64,000 bases of DNA from Deltaproteobacteria bacterium (lineage in GTDB: Bacteria > Myxococcota_A > UBA9160 > SMWR01). Below are positions 27,012-37,288 of this stretch, piece after piece. The DNA lies in the NCBI GenBank assembly GCA_032128115.1, contig JAQBHB010000041.1, forward strand, positions 164,851 through 228,850, read 5' to 3'. The position numbers and the translations under genes were made by a program. A model generated the notes under the pieces. That model was not told where the DNA came from. It was given only the letters and a program-made list of their open reading frames with translations, and did not search any database. The number at the start of each line of letters is the position of its first letter. Within the stretch, counting starts at the first letter, position 1.

Positions 27012-28036
27012 TGAGAAGGCGGAGTGGATGCAGGGGAAGCCGGCGGCAGGCGTGGCGCATCGCCGCGGTTGCGCTCGCGTTGCTCTTCGCGGTCTCGTCC
27101 GACGCCCTGGCTCGCGGGGGCTTCGGCGGCGGCGGGGGCTTTGGCGGCGGCGGAGGCGGCTTCGGGGGCGGCGGCGGCGGGCGGAGCTTCGGGGGCGGTG
27201 GCTTCGGAGGCGGCGGCTTCGGGGGCGGCAGCGCCCGCCAGGGCGGATTCGGCGGCGGCGGCTTCGGGGGAGGCGGCTCGGCGGGACACGCCGCGGGAGC
27301 TTCCCAATCCGGCCAGTTCGGCGGGGGAGAGCACGGCGGGGGAGAGCACGGCGAGGGAGAGCACGGCGGCGGCTCCGGGCAGGCCGGGCAGCAGACGAGC
27401 GCGAACCAGGCCCAGCGGCAGCAATCGGTGTCGGGCAACGAGCAGAGCCGGCAGCAGTCGGTGTCGTCCAACCAGCAGAGCCGGCAGCAGAGCGCCCAGA
27501 GCTACCACGGCGGCTCGTACAACCAGAACAACTACTACGGCGGCTACGGCTGCTGCAGCAGCAGCGCGGCGTGGGCAGCCGCGGGCGGGATGGCTGCGGG
27601 AATGATGCTGGGCGCGGCCGTTGCCTCGGCTCCCCAGAACTCGACGACGGTGATCGTCCAGGGAAATACGTATGTGTACGCGAACGGAGTCTACTACGCC
27701 CCGGCTTCTTCGGGTTCCGGCTACGTCGTCGTGCAGGCGCCGCCCGGAGCCAGCGTCACCGCGCTCCCCCCTTCGGCCGTCGAGGTGCAGGCCAACGGCG
27801 AGAGCTACGAGTATCTGGGCGGCATCTTCTACCAGGTGCACGACACGCAGAGCGGTGAGCCCAGCTATGAGGTAGTGCAGGCACCTCTCGGTGCCACGGT
27901 TTCCTCGCTCCCTCACGGGATCAAGCCGAACAAGGTCAACGGCGCGGCCTACTACAACTACGGGACCACCTGGTTCCGGTCCTACTACAGCGGGAGCCAG
28001 ACCGTCTACATGGTGGTCCACAACCCGCTGGTCTGA
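27008..28036 (+). CDS. Secreted Gly-rich/Gln-rich low-complexity protein with Tyr-rich C-terminal repeats (DUF6515-like)
   Basis: ATG overlaps the DUF2092 stop; signal ending ALA; GGFGGG repeats; GGGEH-like x3; RQQSVSxNxQS repeats; YVVVQAPPGA/YEVVQAPLGA repeats. Confidence 0.75.
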   Translation: MMRRRSGCRGSRRQAWRIAAVALALLFAVSSDALARGGFGGGGGFGGGGGGFGGGGGGRSFGGGGFGGGGFGGGSARQGGFGGGGFGGGGSAGHAAGASQSGQFGGGEHGGGEHGEGEHGGGSGQAGQQTSANQAQRQQSVSGNEQSRQQSVSSNQQSRQQSAQSYHGGSYNQNNYYGGYGCCSSSAAWAAAGGMAAGMMLGAAVASAPQNSTTVIVQGNTYVYANGVYYAPASSGSGYVVVQAPPGASVTALPPSAVEVQANGESYEYLGGIFYQVHDTQSGEPSYEVVQAPLGATVSSLPHGIKPNKVNGAAYYNYGTTWFRSYYSGSQTVYMVVHNPLV

Positions 28037-28060
28037 GCGGCGCCTGCCCTGCGGATCCAG

Positions 28061-28715
28061 CTACCGCCTCTCTTGAGCCGAGAAGAGGCTCACAAGCCGG
28101 GCGACGAGGACGGCCAGGTACATCTGGCCGCAGACCCCCTGAACGACGACCACACCCTGCGCACGGTCGCTGATGGGAACGATGTCGCCGAACCCCACCG
28201 TCGCCTGGGTCACAAAGCTGAAGTAGATGGCACGCGGCGGTGTGAGGAAGGCTTCGCCAGGGGACGAGAACGAGCCGGGCAGTACAGCCTCCATCAGCCA
28301 GTAGCAAACACCGAACGCGATTGCCGCCAGGAGATATGCGTCGAGCGCAGCGCTGATGTGCTCGACGTTCACGATGCCACCGGCGAGCGCGCGGCGCACG
28401 GCAACCCCGGCGGCCAGCAGGCACGTAAGTGCCACCAGGCAATGGCTGACGAAGTGCGACGTCGAATGGTCCAGCAGCCCCCCCCGCCAGCCGCGCAGCG
28501 ACGGCGCACAACGTCAGCCCGCCGAGGAGCCACCGAAGCTTTCCGCGTCGCGCGCTGAATACCACGGCCACGAGGCTGATCCCGAGCAGCCAATCCAGCG
28601 GGTTGGCGCCGGGCGACAGGCTCCCGAGGAAGCCGTGTCCCGCGATCGTGATCAACAACGTCGCGAAGAGGACCGTGAACCGGTGTTCGACGTAGTGACG
28701 TGTCAGCGAGTTCAC
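28061..28715 (-). pseudogene. Potassium channel family protein (Ion_trans_2), frameshifted
   Basis: The N-terminal TM part (RFTVLFATLL...ARLAGG) and the C-terminal part (IYFSFVTQATVGFGDIVP...GQMYLAVLVARLV) join if one base is removed from the C8 run at 28478-28485. Confidence 0.75.
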
Positions 28716-29140
28716 GAATCCCGGTCCCCAGATCGCGGATCGGCGGCTCGAAGAGATCGCCGAGGCCCGGTAGGTTCAGCGTCGCCCAGCCGAAGAAGGT
28801 CCCGAGGGCGACGGTCAGGCCGGCCACCGTGGCCAGCGAGGCGGGAGCGGATCAGGAGTGCGATCGACACCGCCACGGTAAACGTCCCGACCGCGAGCTC
28901 GTGTGTCGCGGTGAAATGGACGAGGGGGATCCGACGCTCGAGCTCGCCGCGCAGCGCCCGGCGCCGCCGGCTCCAGTGCGCCTGGAAGGCCTTCGGGGAT
29001 TCGATCGCGCCTACCATCCTCATTCGCGCCCTCGCGGTGAACGACCTCGTCAATCACCTCCCGGAATATACGCCGTGCAACAGGCATCTGGTGATCCTCA
29101 CCCGGAGCCTGCGCCGCCGCCGCGAAGGTGCGAGGGATCT

Positions 29141-31474
29141 ATGGTAAATTTTGGCCCGTCGCCGCCAAAACAGGGGTGTTCGGTGGGGAATTCGCGAAAA
29201 CGCCAACGAGCGCGCCTCACCGGCGATGAGCTGCCGGTTGCCCTTGTTGGAACGTACCCCCCCCAACGATGTGGGATCGGCACGTTTACCCGCGATCTGG
29301 GTGACGCCGTGATCTCGGCGAACGAGGGAGTTCACGCGACGGTCCTGGCGATAACCGACGCCGACTCCACTTACGAGTACCCCGAGCGCGTTCGATTCGA
29401 GATTCGCCAGGGGGTCCGGAGCGACTACCTGCGGGCGGCAGACTTCGTCAACTACAGCGACACCCGAATGGTCTTGCTCCAGCACGAGTACGGGATCTTC
29501 GGTGGGAAGGACGGTGCCTACATCCTCGACTTCCTCACTGAGTTGCGCAAACCGGGCATCGCCACGCTACACACCGTCCTCGATCGGCCTTCGGCTTCAC
29601 AGCGCCTGGTCGTGCAGAAGATATCCGAGCGCTGTGAATGTCTGGTTGTCATGAGCCATCTTGCAGTCGACCTCCTCGAGAAGTCTTATGGCATCTCACG
29701 GGAAAGTACTCATGTCATTCCACACGGCATTCCGGACATGCGGGCGGACGAGCGAGACAAGAACAAGGCAAAATTCGGTGTAACAGGCCACCGTGTTCTG
29801 CTTACGTTTGGGTTGCTCAGCCCTTCGAAGGGGATCGAGATAGTCCTTCGCGCACTGCCGAAGCTCGTCGTCGAGTTTCCGGATCTGATCTACCTCGTCG
29901 TGGGCGCAACGCATCCCGAAATTGCGCGTCGTGTGGGAGAGGAATATCGTCACTCGCTGAAGCGCGAAGTCGAGTCGCTGGGTCTTCGTGACCACGTCGT
30001 TTTCCGGGACCAGTTCGTCGAGGACGACGAGCTCTGCAGGTATCTCCAGGCGGCGGATATCTACATCACGCCCTACGTGAATGAGGCACAGATCACGAGC
30101 GGCACGCTGGCGTACGCAATGGGGTCCGGGGCCGCTCCCGTTTCCACACCCTATTGGTACGCGAAAGAACTTCTAGCTGAGGGGCGTGGGCACCTGTTTG
30201 GATTCGGTGATGTCGAAGGGTTAGGCGACGCTCTTCGGAGGCTTCTGAGAAACCCGCTGGAGATGGCAGAGAGCCAGCGCTCGGCGTACACGTTCGCGCG
30301 ACAGATGATCTGGCCGAAGGTCGGGGAGGATTATGTCGAGCTGGTTCAAGGTGTGTTGCGCGAGGCCGTGGTGCCGGACGCCCCGACGTTGCTTCCGCGG
30401 AGTCTTCCGGAGCTGCGGCTCGATCATCTGATCCGCATGACCGACGACACCGGCCTACTCCAGCATGCCGCCCACAGTGTGCCCGACCGCCGCTTCGGCT
30501 ACTGCGTGGATGACAACGCGCGGGGGCTGCTCGTCGCCTTGCTGGCTCAGCGGGTGACCGGCCTGGGCGAAACCAGACCGCTGATCACGACCTACTTGAG
30601 CTATCTCCATCATTCTCAATGCGAAGATGGGCATTTCCGAAACTTCATGGACTTTCGCCGGAACCTCGATCGTGAACCGGGATCGGAGGATTGCGTTGGA
30701 AGGGCGTTGTGGGCTCTCGGCCTGGCGGTTGAGTTGGCGCCGGATGAGGGCCATCGCCTCCTGGCCAAGGCGATGTTCGATCGTTCGATGACGCTTCCCT
30801 TGACGTTTGGCCCGCGCGGATCTGCCCTGGGAATACTGGGGCTGGACACCTACCTGCGGAGCGATCCCGACAACAAGCTGGCGTTGGAGACGCTGGAATC
30901 CCTCGCAGCGAAGCTGATCTGCCGCTTCGAGGAAGAGGCCGACGAAACATGGCGCTGGTTCGAGCCCGATCTGGCCTATAAGAATGCACTGCTTCCCCTC
31001 GCGCTCTTCACGTCTGCGAAGCGCACCGGTGACAAGGCGGCGCTGCGCGTGGCATGCGATAGCCTCACGTTCCTCGAAGAGATCTGCTTCGGCGAAGGGT
31101 ACCTCCAGCTGGTCGGGAACGCCGGCTGGCACGTTCGAGGGGGTGAAAGCGCAACCGCCGATGAGCAACCGATCGACGCATCGGCGTTCGTGCTGGCGTT
31201 TCGTGCCGCCTACGACGCTACCGGCGATCGCCGATACATGGCCCGGATGCGGCAATCCTTCGAATGGTTTCTCGGCGCCAACCGCCTCAGGCTTTCCCTC
31301 TACGATTTCTCGACGGCCGGCTGCCATGATGGTCTCGGGGTGAGCGCGGTCAACGACAACCAGGGAGCCGAGAGCGTCCTCTCCTTTCTCCTGGCGTTGC
31401 TTGCGATGCTAGGCCTCGCGATCGACGGACTCGACTTCGAAGAGGTCGAGTCGCATCCTTCTTTCACAGACTGA
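29141..31474 (+). CDS. GT4 mannosyltransferase-like glycosyltransferase fused to a C-terminal glycosidase-like helical domain
   Basis: GTYPPQRCGIGTF, QHEYGIFGG, TFGLLSPSKGIE, QITSGTLAYA, STPYWYA; then TDDTGLLQHA..GYCVDDNAR, DEQPID, NQGAES. Start uncertain. Confidence 0.85.
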   Translation: MVNFGPSPPKQGCSVGNSRKRQRARLTGDELPVALVGTYPPQRCGIGTFTRDLGDAVISANEGVHATVLAITDADSTYEYPERVRFEIRQGVRSDYLRAADFVNYSDTRMVLLQHEYGIFGGKDGAYILDFLTELRKPGIATLHTVLDRPSASQRLVVQKISERCECLVVMSHLAVDLLEKSYGISRESTHVIPHGIPDMRADERDKNKAKFGVTGHRVLLTFGLLSPSKGIEIVLRALPKLVVEFPDLIYLVVGATHPEIARRVGEEYRHSLKREVESLGLRDHVVFRDQFVEDDELCRYLQAADIYITPYVNEAQITSGTLAYAMGSGAAPVSTPYWYAKELLAEGRGHLFGFGDVEGLGDALRRLLRNPLEMAESQRSAYTFARQMIWPKVGEDYVELVQGVLREAVVPDAPTLLPRSLPELRLDHLIRMTDDTGLLQHAAHSVPDRRFGYCVDDNARGLLVALLAQRVTGLGETRPLITTYLSYLHHSQCEDGHFRNFMDFRRNLDREPGSEDCVGRALWALGLAVELAPDEGHRLLAKAMFDRSMTLPLTFGPRGSALGILGLDTYLRSDPDNKLALETLESLAAKLICRFEEEADETWRWFEPDLAYKNALLPLALFTSAKRTGDKAALRVACDSLTFLEEICFGEGYLQLVGNAGWHVRGGESATADEQPIDASAFVLAFRAAYDATGDRRYMARMRQSFEWFLGANRLRLSLYDFSTAGCHDGLGVSAVNDNQGAESVLSFLLALLAMLGLAIDGLDFEEVESHPSFTD

Positions 31475-31559
31475 GCGAGCTTGGTTCGTATCCGATTCAA
31501 CGGAGCGGTCGCCGGATGCCTTCGGACGCCACAACGCATTGCTCTTCACCGGGAATTCC

Positions 31560-33056
31560 ATGGCAACGACCCTAGCGCCCTTGACTGTGACGCGGACACC
31601 GCACCGGCTTCTTCCCGACCCGAAGCGGGTCATCACCAAACCGTTTCTGCTGGGAACCGACGTCCTCGCCAACGGGAAGTCACGTTTCAAATCCGTCCTC
31701 GATCGGATCCTCACGATCCCGGAGGTCCAGGTTCCGGCGATGGTCGAGGTGATCCTGCGCCATTTCTCGTCTCGACACCGCGACTTCGAGGGCAGGCTCG
31801 ACGATTGTTTTCGTGCCGTGTCGCAATACATTCCTGACGGCGAGACTTTCTCTCGAGAACGCCGCCGGCTGATCGGTGCCTACTGTTCCCACGAGTATTC
31901 CATCGAGGCCGCCGCATTGTGCAATCCGTCCATTGTCGAGGCACCGGATCAATCCGGCCTGCCCGATGGATCCGCTCGCTTCATCATGAGCCTGCGGGCA
32001 ATCGGCGAAGGACATGTCTCTTCGGTCGAGTTCCGTTCGGGCGTGATCGAAGCGGGCGACAACATCAGCCTCGATCCGATCAGTCGCTTTGTGCTCACGG
32101 GAAGACGCGTTTCCCGCCCCCTATATCCCAAGGAAGCCTTCGAATCGCAGCTGAGAGAACTCGACTTTGACAACCCGGTCTCTCGAGGGGTACTCGAACG
32201 TCTTTCGGACCCGTTCAGCCTGGACGAATTGATGGGCGTTATCGGCCGGCCAAAGCGCCAGAACGTCCCGGGTCCTTTGAAGCGAGAGACCATCGAGGTG
32301 ATCCATTGGTTGGCGACCTCGAACTATGACGTCGCCTTTCCACCCAGCTCAGCGATCTCCGAGCGCACAATCTTTCCCGATAGCCCCACGGAGAGCCGCG
32401 GAATCGAGGATGCGCGCTTCGTCCGCTTCGTCGATGACGATGGCTCCAGGTGTTACTACGCAACCTACACGGCCTATGACGGCCACGACATTCTTCCCCA
32501 GATCATCGAGACGAGTGACTTCCTTCGATTCAAGATTCGGACGTTGATTGGAACGGGCGCCCAGAACAAGGGGATGGCCCTGTTCCCTCGACGAATTGCT
32601 GGAAAGTTCGCCATGCTCTCGCGTCACGACGGCGAGAGCCTCTACTACATGACCTCGGACGATGTTCGCGTCTGGCATGACGCGGAAATGCTTCGCATGC
32701 CCAGCCGCCACTGGGAGATGATCCAGATCGGAAACTGTGGGTCACCGATCGAAACAGAAGAGGGTTGGCTCGTGCTCACGCATGGCGTGGGTCCCATGCG
32801 CACCTACGCCATCGGCGCCATGTTGCTCGATCTGGAAGACCCGGGACGTGTTATCGGGGAGCTTCCTGGACCACTCCTGGCTCCGGAGACAGACGAGCGC
32901 GAAGGCTATGTTCCGAATGTCGTGTATACGTGCGGGGGGCTCGTGCATAACGGACGGCTGATCCTCCCCTACGGCTTCTCGGATGTCGGCATCCGCATCG
33001 CCACCGTTCCCCTCGACGAACTGCTTGCGCGACTCCAGGATCAAGTCGACGGGTGA
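31560..33056 (+). CDS. Glycoside hydrolase family 130 (mannoside phosphorylase/hydrolase-like), long form
   Basis: HEYSIEAAALCNPS, SLRAIGEGH, GIEDARFV, YATYTAYDG, NKGMALFP, IGNCGSP, REGYVPNVVY. Confidence 0.85.
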   Translation: MATTLAPLTVTRTPHRLLPDPKRVITKPFLLGTDVLANGKSRFKSVLDRILTIPEVQVPAMVEVILRHFSSRHRDFEGRLDDCFRAVSQYIPDGETFSRERRRLIGAYCSHEYSIEAAALCNPSIVEAPDQSGLPDGSARFIMSLRAIGEGHVSSVEFRSGVIEAGDNISLDPISRFVLTGRRVSRPLYPKEAFESQLRELDFDNPVSRGVLERLSDPFSLDELMGVIGRPKRQNVPGPLKRETIEVIHWLATSNYDVAFPPSSAISERTIFPDSPTESRGIEDARFVRFVDDDGSRCYYATYTAYDGHDILPQIIETSDFLRFKIRTLIGTGAQNKGMALFPRRIAGKFAMLSRHDGESLYYMTSDDVRVWHDAEMLRMPSRHWEMIQIGNCGSPIETEEGWLVLTHGVGPMRTYAIGAMLLDLEDPGRVIGELPGPLLAPETDEREGYVPNVVYTCGGLVHNGRLILPYGFSDVGIRIATVPLDELLARLQDQVDG

Positions 33057-34114
33057 CGCGTTCGACTTCCGCTGCTTCGAACGAATCCATGCGCGTGGCA
33101 ATGCTCGCGCCGATCTCCTGGCGTGTGCCGCCGCGACACTACGGTCCGTGGGAGCGCGTGGTGTCACTCTTGACCGAGAGCCTGGTTGCGCGCGGGATCG
33201 CCGTCACCCTGTTCGCCACGGGTGACTCCATCACGACGGCCGCGCTCGCCGGGCCCTGCCCGCGGCCTTATTCCGAGGATGACACTCTAGAACCCAAGGT
33301 CTGGGAGTGTTTGCACATTTCCGAGGTATTCGAGCGGGCTGGCGAGTTCGATCTCATCCACAACCATTTCGACTTTCTCCCGCTCTCCTACAGCGGTCTC
33401 GTCGACACACCCGTGGTCACGACCATCCACGGATTTTCGTCACCGCGCATCGTGCCGGTATATGAAAAATACAATGCGTCGAATTTCTATGTGTCGATCA
33501 GCGATGCCGACCGCAGCCCGAAGCTCGAATACCTGGCGACCGTGCATCATGGCATCGCCCTCGACGAGTTCACGCTCCAGAAGGACCCAGATGGCAGCTT
33601 GCTCTTCTTTGGCCGCATTCATCCCGAGAAAGGGGCGGCGGAGGCGATCGAGGTCGCCCGTCGCAGCGGTCGGCGGCTCATCATCGCCGGGATCGTCCAG
33701 GACAAGGCCTATTTCGAACGCGAGGTCGCCCCACATATCGACGGCGATCGGGTTTGCTATATCGGATCCGTGGGCCCCGAAAGGCGCGCCGAGGTCCTCG
33801 GTGCTGCGGATGCGCTCCTCCACCTGGTCGGCTTCGATGAGCCGTTCGGCCTGAGCATGGTCGAAGCGATGGCCTGCGGGGTTCCCGTGATCGCGATCGG
33901 CCGGGGCTCGGTTCCCGAGGTCGTGGTAGACGGCGAGACGGGCTTCATTGTCACCGACCTGGAGGAAGCCACGGCTGCGGTGCAGCGCCTCGCTGAGCTC
34001 GATCGCTCGGCGGCACGCAAACACGTCGAGGATCATTTCTCCGCGGAGCGAATGACGGACGGATATCTGAGCGTGTATCGGGAGGTATTGCGGCGCTCCC
34101 GTTCGCAATCCTGA
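33053..34114 (+). CDS. GT4 glycosyltransferase (AviGT4-like)
   Basis: APISWRVPPRHYGPWE, FGRIHPEKG, EPFGLSMVEAMACGVP. GTG overlaps the GH130 stop; alternative ATG at 33089. Confidence 0.88.
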   Translation: MTRSTSAASNESMRVAMLAPISWRVPPRHYGPWERVVSLLTESLVARGIAVTLFATGDSITTAALAGPCPRPYSEDDTLEPKVWECLHISEVFERAGEFDLIHNHFDFLPLSYSGLVDTPVVTTIHGFSSPRIVPVYEKYNASNFYVSISDADRSPKLEYLATVHHGIALDEFTLQKDPDGSLLFFGRIHPEKGAAEAIEVARRSGRRLIIAGIVQDKAYFEREVAPHIDGDRVCYIGSVGPERRAEVLGAADALLHLVGFDEPFGLSMVEAMACGVPVIAIGRGSVPEVVVDGETGFIVTDLEEATAAVQRLAELDRSAARKHVEDHFSAERMTDGYLSVYREVLRRSRSQS

Positions 34115-34163
34115 AACCGGACCCGCGGTGAGCGGCGGATCTCGCATGAGCCCGGTGTGGGGC

Positions 34164-35396
34164 CTATCCCGGCCGCCCGTCGGGCCGCGGCCGCGTGAGG
34201 ATGGGCCAGTAGCGGACTGCGAAGATCCCGAAGGCTGCGGCCCAGGCGACACCGCTCGTCAGCAGCAGAACCCGCTGGCCGTCGCCGGAAGAGAAAGCTG
34301 CGGCAACCCGCGTCAGCGCGGCCCCGTGCACCAGCACGTAGCACCAGATCACGCCATCGGGGAGTTCGAGAGGGCGGCCCGTATGGCCGAGGCCAACGCG
34401 AGTCATCACGGCGAGGATCGTGCCCCCCATCGCCCCGGCGGTGAGCGCATGCAAGCCCGCGGCGGCGGGAATCGGAGCGCCCAGATCGCTGGCCCCAACC
34501 AGGAGCAGGCCGACCCCCACCCACGCGGACCCCGCGTGAAGTGACCAGAGGAGCGGATCCGATCGCGTGTGCCAGGTCTGCCAGCCGGCGAGCCGAACGA
34601 CCGCGGCGAGGCCGCCGATCGTTGCGATGATTCCGGTCAGGGGCGTTCGCGCGGCTGCGAGGCTGGCGACGGCCAACGCCCCCGCCACTCCGACCACGAG
34701 CGCATTCAACCACGGCCACGATCGAACGCTCCGCTCGATGCCGGCGCGCCGGAATCCGTTCCGGGTGAAGGGGGGCGTGATGCGGCCGCCGATCACCAGG
34801 ATCAGGACGACGACCGCGTCCACGGCGAAGCGCAGCGCCTGTGCCGCCGCGCCCGAGACGAACCGGAGGGCCTCGGCATGCATCACTGCGTTGGCCAGGG
34901 CGAGAACGACGACGATGCCGACCACGGCGTAGTTTCGGTGCTGCCCCGAACCCCAGAGCGTGCGGACCACCGCCAGCGCCACGCTGGGAAGGAAGGCGAA
35001 GTCGATGGTGGCGACGAGCCATGCTGGAACCACGCTGGCCGCCGCAAACGCGACCCGACCTGCGACCCAGAGCGCTGCGAGCGCGGCCAGCGGCGCGCCA
35101 CAGAGCGCGGGGCCTCCGGTCCAGACCGGTGAGGCCGTGAGGAGGAAACCAGCAATCGCCGCCGCGACGAGCCCGAACACCATCTCGTGCCCGTGCCACC
35201 AGGACGGAAGCAGCCAGCCCGGTGCGGGAATCGCGCCAAGCCAGATCGCCGTCCACAGCGGCAGCGCGAACGCTGCGTAGATCGCCAGGCCCAGGAACAT
35301 CGGCCGGAAGGCGCGGCCCCACAATCCGAACGGCTCCGGCGTGGGCCAGGTCGCGGCGTCGAGTGTCGGCGAAGTTGCGGCTCGGTTGGGACTCAT
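34164..35396 (-). CDS. nnrS: NnrS family membrane protein
   Basis: AFRPMF, WHGHEMVFG, GFLLTA, GGRITPPFT, PLLWSLH, HALTAG, MTRVGLGHTGR, RPRPDG. Confidence 0.9.
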   Translation of the reverse strand: MSPNRAATSPTLDAATWPTPEPFGLWGRAFRPMFLGLAIYAAFALPLWTAIWLGAIPAPGWLLPSWWHGHEMVFGLVAAAIAGFLLTASPVWTGGPALCGAPLAALAALWVAGRVAFAAASVVPAWLVATIDFAFLPSVALAVVRTLWGSGQHRNYAVVGIVVVLALANAVMHAEALRFVSGAAAQALRFAVDAVVVLILVIGGRITPPFTRNGFRRAGIERSVRSWPWLNALVVGVAGALAVASLAAARTPLTGIIATIGGLAAVVRLAGWQTWHTRSDPLLWSLHAGSAWVGVGLLLVGASDLGAPIPAAAGLHALTAGAMGGTILAVMTRVGLGHTGRPLELPDGVIWCYVLVHGAALTRVAAAFSSGDGQRVLLLTSGVAWAAAFGIFAVRYWPILTRPRPDGRPG

Positions 35397-35518
35397 TGGA
35401 TGGCGCCGATCCTGTGGCCGCAGATGCTAGCGCTGCGGGTCATGGGGCCCCCCACTGCGGATGGGGCTACCCTGGGCACCTGCCCATCCCCGAGGGCCGC
35501 GCCCCGAGAGGAGAAGCC

Positions 35519-37213
35519 ATGATCCTGCTCGACCCGAAGCATCTCGATCGCACCTATCCCGACGAGCGCTCGGCCGAGATCATGCGCCGGACCGTCGATT
35601 TCTTCGAATCGAAGGGGAAGCAGAGGCTCCTCGAGGATTACTACGACCGGCCCTGGTATGCGGACTTCCTCGAGTTCGTTCGCAAGCAGCGCATCTTCGC
35701 CTCCCTGTGCACGCCGGCCGGCGAAGGCGCGCCCGACGTGCGCTGGGATACCTGGCGCAACTGCGAGTTCGCCGAGATCCTGGGCTTCTACGGGCTCCAG
35801 TACTGGTACACGTGGCAGGTTTCGGTGCTTGGCCTCGGCCCGATCTGGATGAGCGCGAACGAGGGCCTCCGGGAGCGTGCATCCCGGGCGCTGGAGAACG
35901 GCGGAATCTTCGCCTTCGGTCTCTCCGAGAAGACCCACGGTGCCGACATCTATTCGACCGACATGGTGCTCACACGCGACGGCGACGGCTGGCGTGCCAA
36001 CGGGCGGAAGTACTACATCGGCAACGGCAACGAGGCGGCCATCGTCTCCACCTTCGGGCGTTTCGAGGACAGCGACGACTACGTGTTTTTCGCCGTCGAT
36101 TCGAATCACCCGAACTACCACCTGGTACAGAACGTGGTCGCGAGCCAGAACTACGTGTCCGAGTTCGAGCTGCGCGACTACCCGGTGCGAGAAGAGGACA
36201 TCGCGCATCGCGGCCGCGGGGCCTGGGACGCTGCACTCAACACGGTGAACATCGGCAAGTACAACCTCGGCTGGGCCTCGATCGGAATCTGCACCCACGC
36301 CCTCTACGAGGCGATCTCCCACGCAAACAACCGCGTGCTCTACGGGATGCGCGTGACCGAAATGTCGCATGTGCGCCGCATGTTCGTCGAGGGGCACGCG
36401 CGGCTGGTCGCCATGAAGCTCTTCGCCCTGCGCGCGGCCGACTACATGCGGACCGCCTCGTCCGACGACCGCCGCTACCTGCTCTACAACCCGATGGTGA
36501 AGATGAAGACCACCACCCAGGGCGAGACGGTGATCGATCTGCTCTGGGACGCGATCGCGGCGAAGGGCTTCGAGAAGGACATGTATTTCAGCCAGGCGGC
36601 CGTGGACATCCGTGCGCTCCCGAAGCTCGAGGGCACGGTGCACGTCAACATCGCCCTGATCGCGAAGTTCATGCCCAACTACTTCTTCAACCCGGCCGAG
36701 TACCCGGAGATCGCGCGACAGGATCACGGCCGCAACGACGACTTCCTGTTCAATCAGGGAAGCGCCCGCGGCCTGGGGCAGATCCAGTTCCACGACTACC
36801 GGCAGGCCTTCGAGGGCGTCGAGCGCCCGAACGTGCGGATCTTCGCGGAGCAGACGGAAGCCTTCCGCGGAATGCTCCAGGAGGCACCCCCGGGGCCCGA
36901 TCAGATGAAGGACGTGGATTTCCTGATGGCCGGCGGCGAGATCTTCGCCCTGGTCGTCTATGCCCAGCTCATCCTCGAGAACGCGCGGATCTACGACGTT
37001 GGCGACGATCAGCTCGACCAGATCTTCGAGTTCATGGTCCGCGATTTCGCGGGGCACGCCCTGCAGCTGCTCGGACAACCCAGCAGCAACGAGGCGCAGA
37101 TCGCCCGCTGCCAGGAGATGTTGCGCAAGCCCGCGCACGACCCCGCTCGCTACGAGCGCGTGTGGCAAAACCACGTGGAGCCCCTCGACGGCGCCTACAG
37201 CATGAATCCCTGA
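35519..37213 (+). CDS. Acyl-CoA dehydrogenase
   Basis: AFGLSEKTHGAD, NGRKYYIGNG, LPKLEGT; GAGGAG RBS before the ATG at 35519. Confidence 0.85.
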   Translation: MILLDPKHLDRTYPDERSAEIMRRTVDFFESKGKQRLLEDYYDRPWYADFLEFVRKQRIFASLCTPAGEGAPDVRWDTWRNCEFAEILGFYGLQYWYTWQVSVLGLGPIWMSANEGLRERASRALENGGIFAFGLSEKTHGADIYSTDMVLTRDGDGWRANGRKYYIGNGNEAAIVSTFGRFEDSDDYVFFAVDSNHPNYHLVQNVVASQNYVSEFELRDYPVREEDIAHRGRGAWDAALNTVNIGKYNLGWASIGICTHALYEAISHANNRVLYGMRVTEMSHVRRMFVEGHARLVAMKLFALRAADYMRTASSDDRRYLLYNPMVKMKTTTQGETVIDLLWDAIAAKGFEKDMYFSQAAVDIRALPKLEGTVHVNIALIAKFMPNYFFNPAEYPEIARQDHGRNDDFLFNQGSARGLGQIQFHDYRQAFEGVERPNVRIFAEQTEAFRGMLQEAPPGPDQMKDVDFLMAGGEIFALVVYAQLILENARIYDVGDDQLDQIFEFMVRDFAGHALQLLGQPSSNEAQIARCQEMLRKPAHDPARYERVWQNHVEPLDGAYSMNP

Positions 37214-37288
37214 AGGGGGCGGCGGCGCTCCGCCGCGCCGCATATCCTGTGCCCGTGCCGGCACGCCCCGGTGCCGGTGCCGCTCTCG

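Noticed and set aside
28700..29140. N-terminal extension of the 924-aa GT4 ORF
   Set aside because: No GT-like features appear before about 29230; the extension overlaps other fragments.
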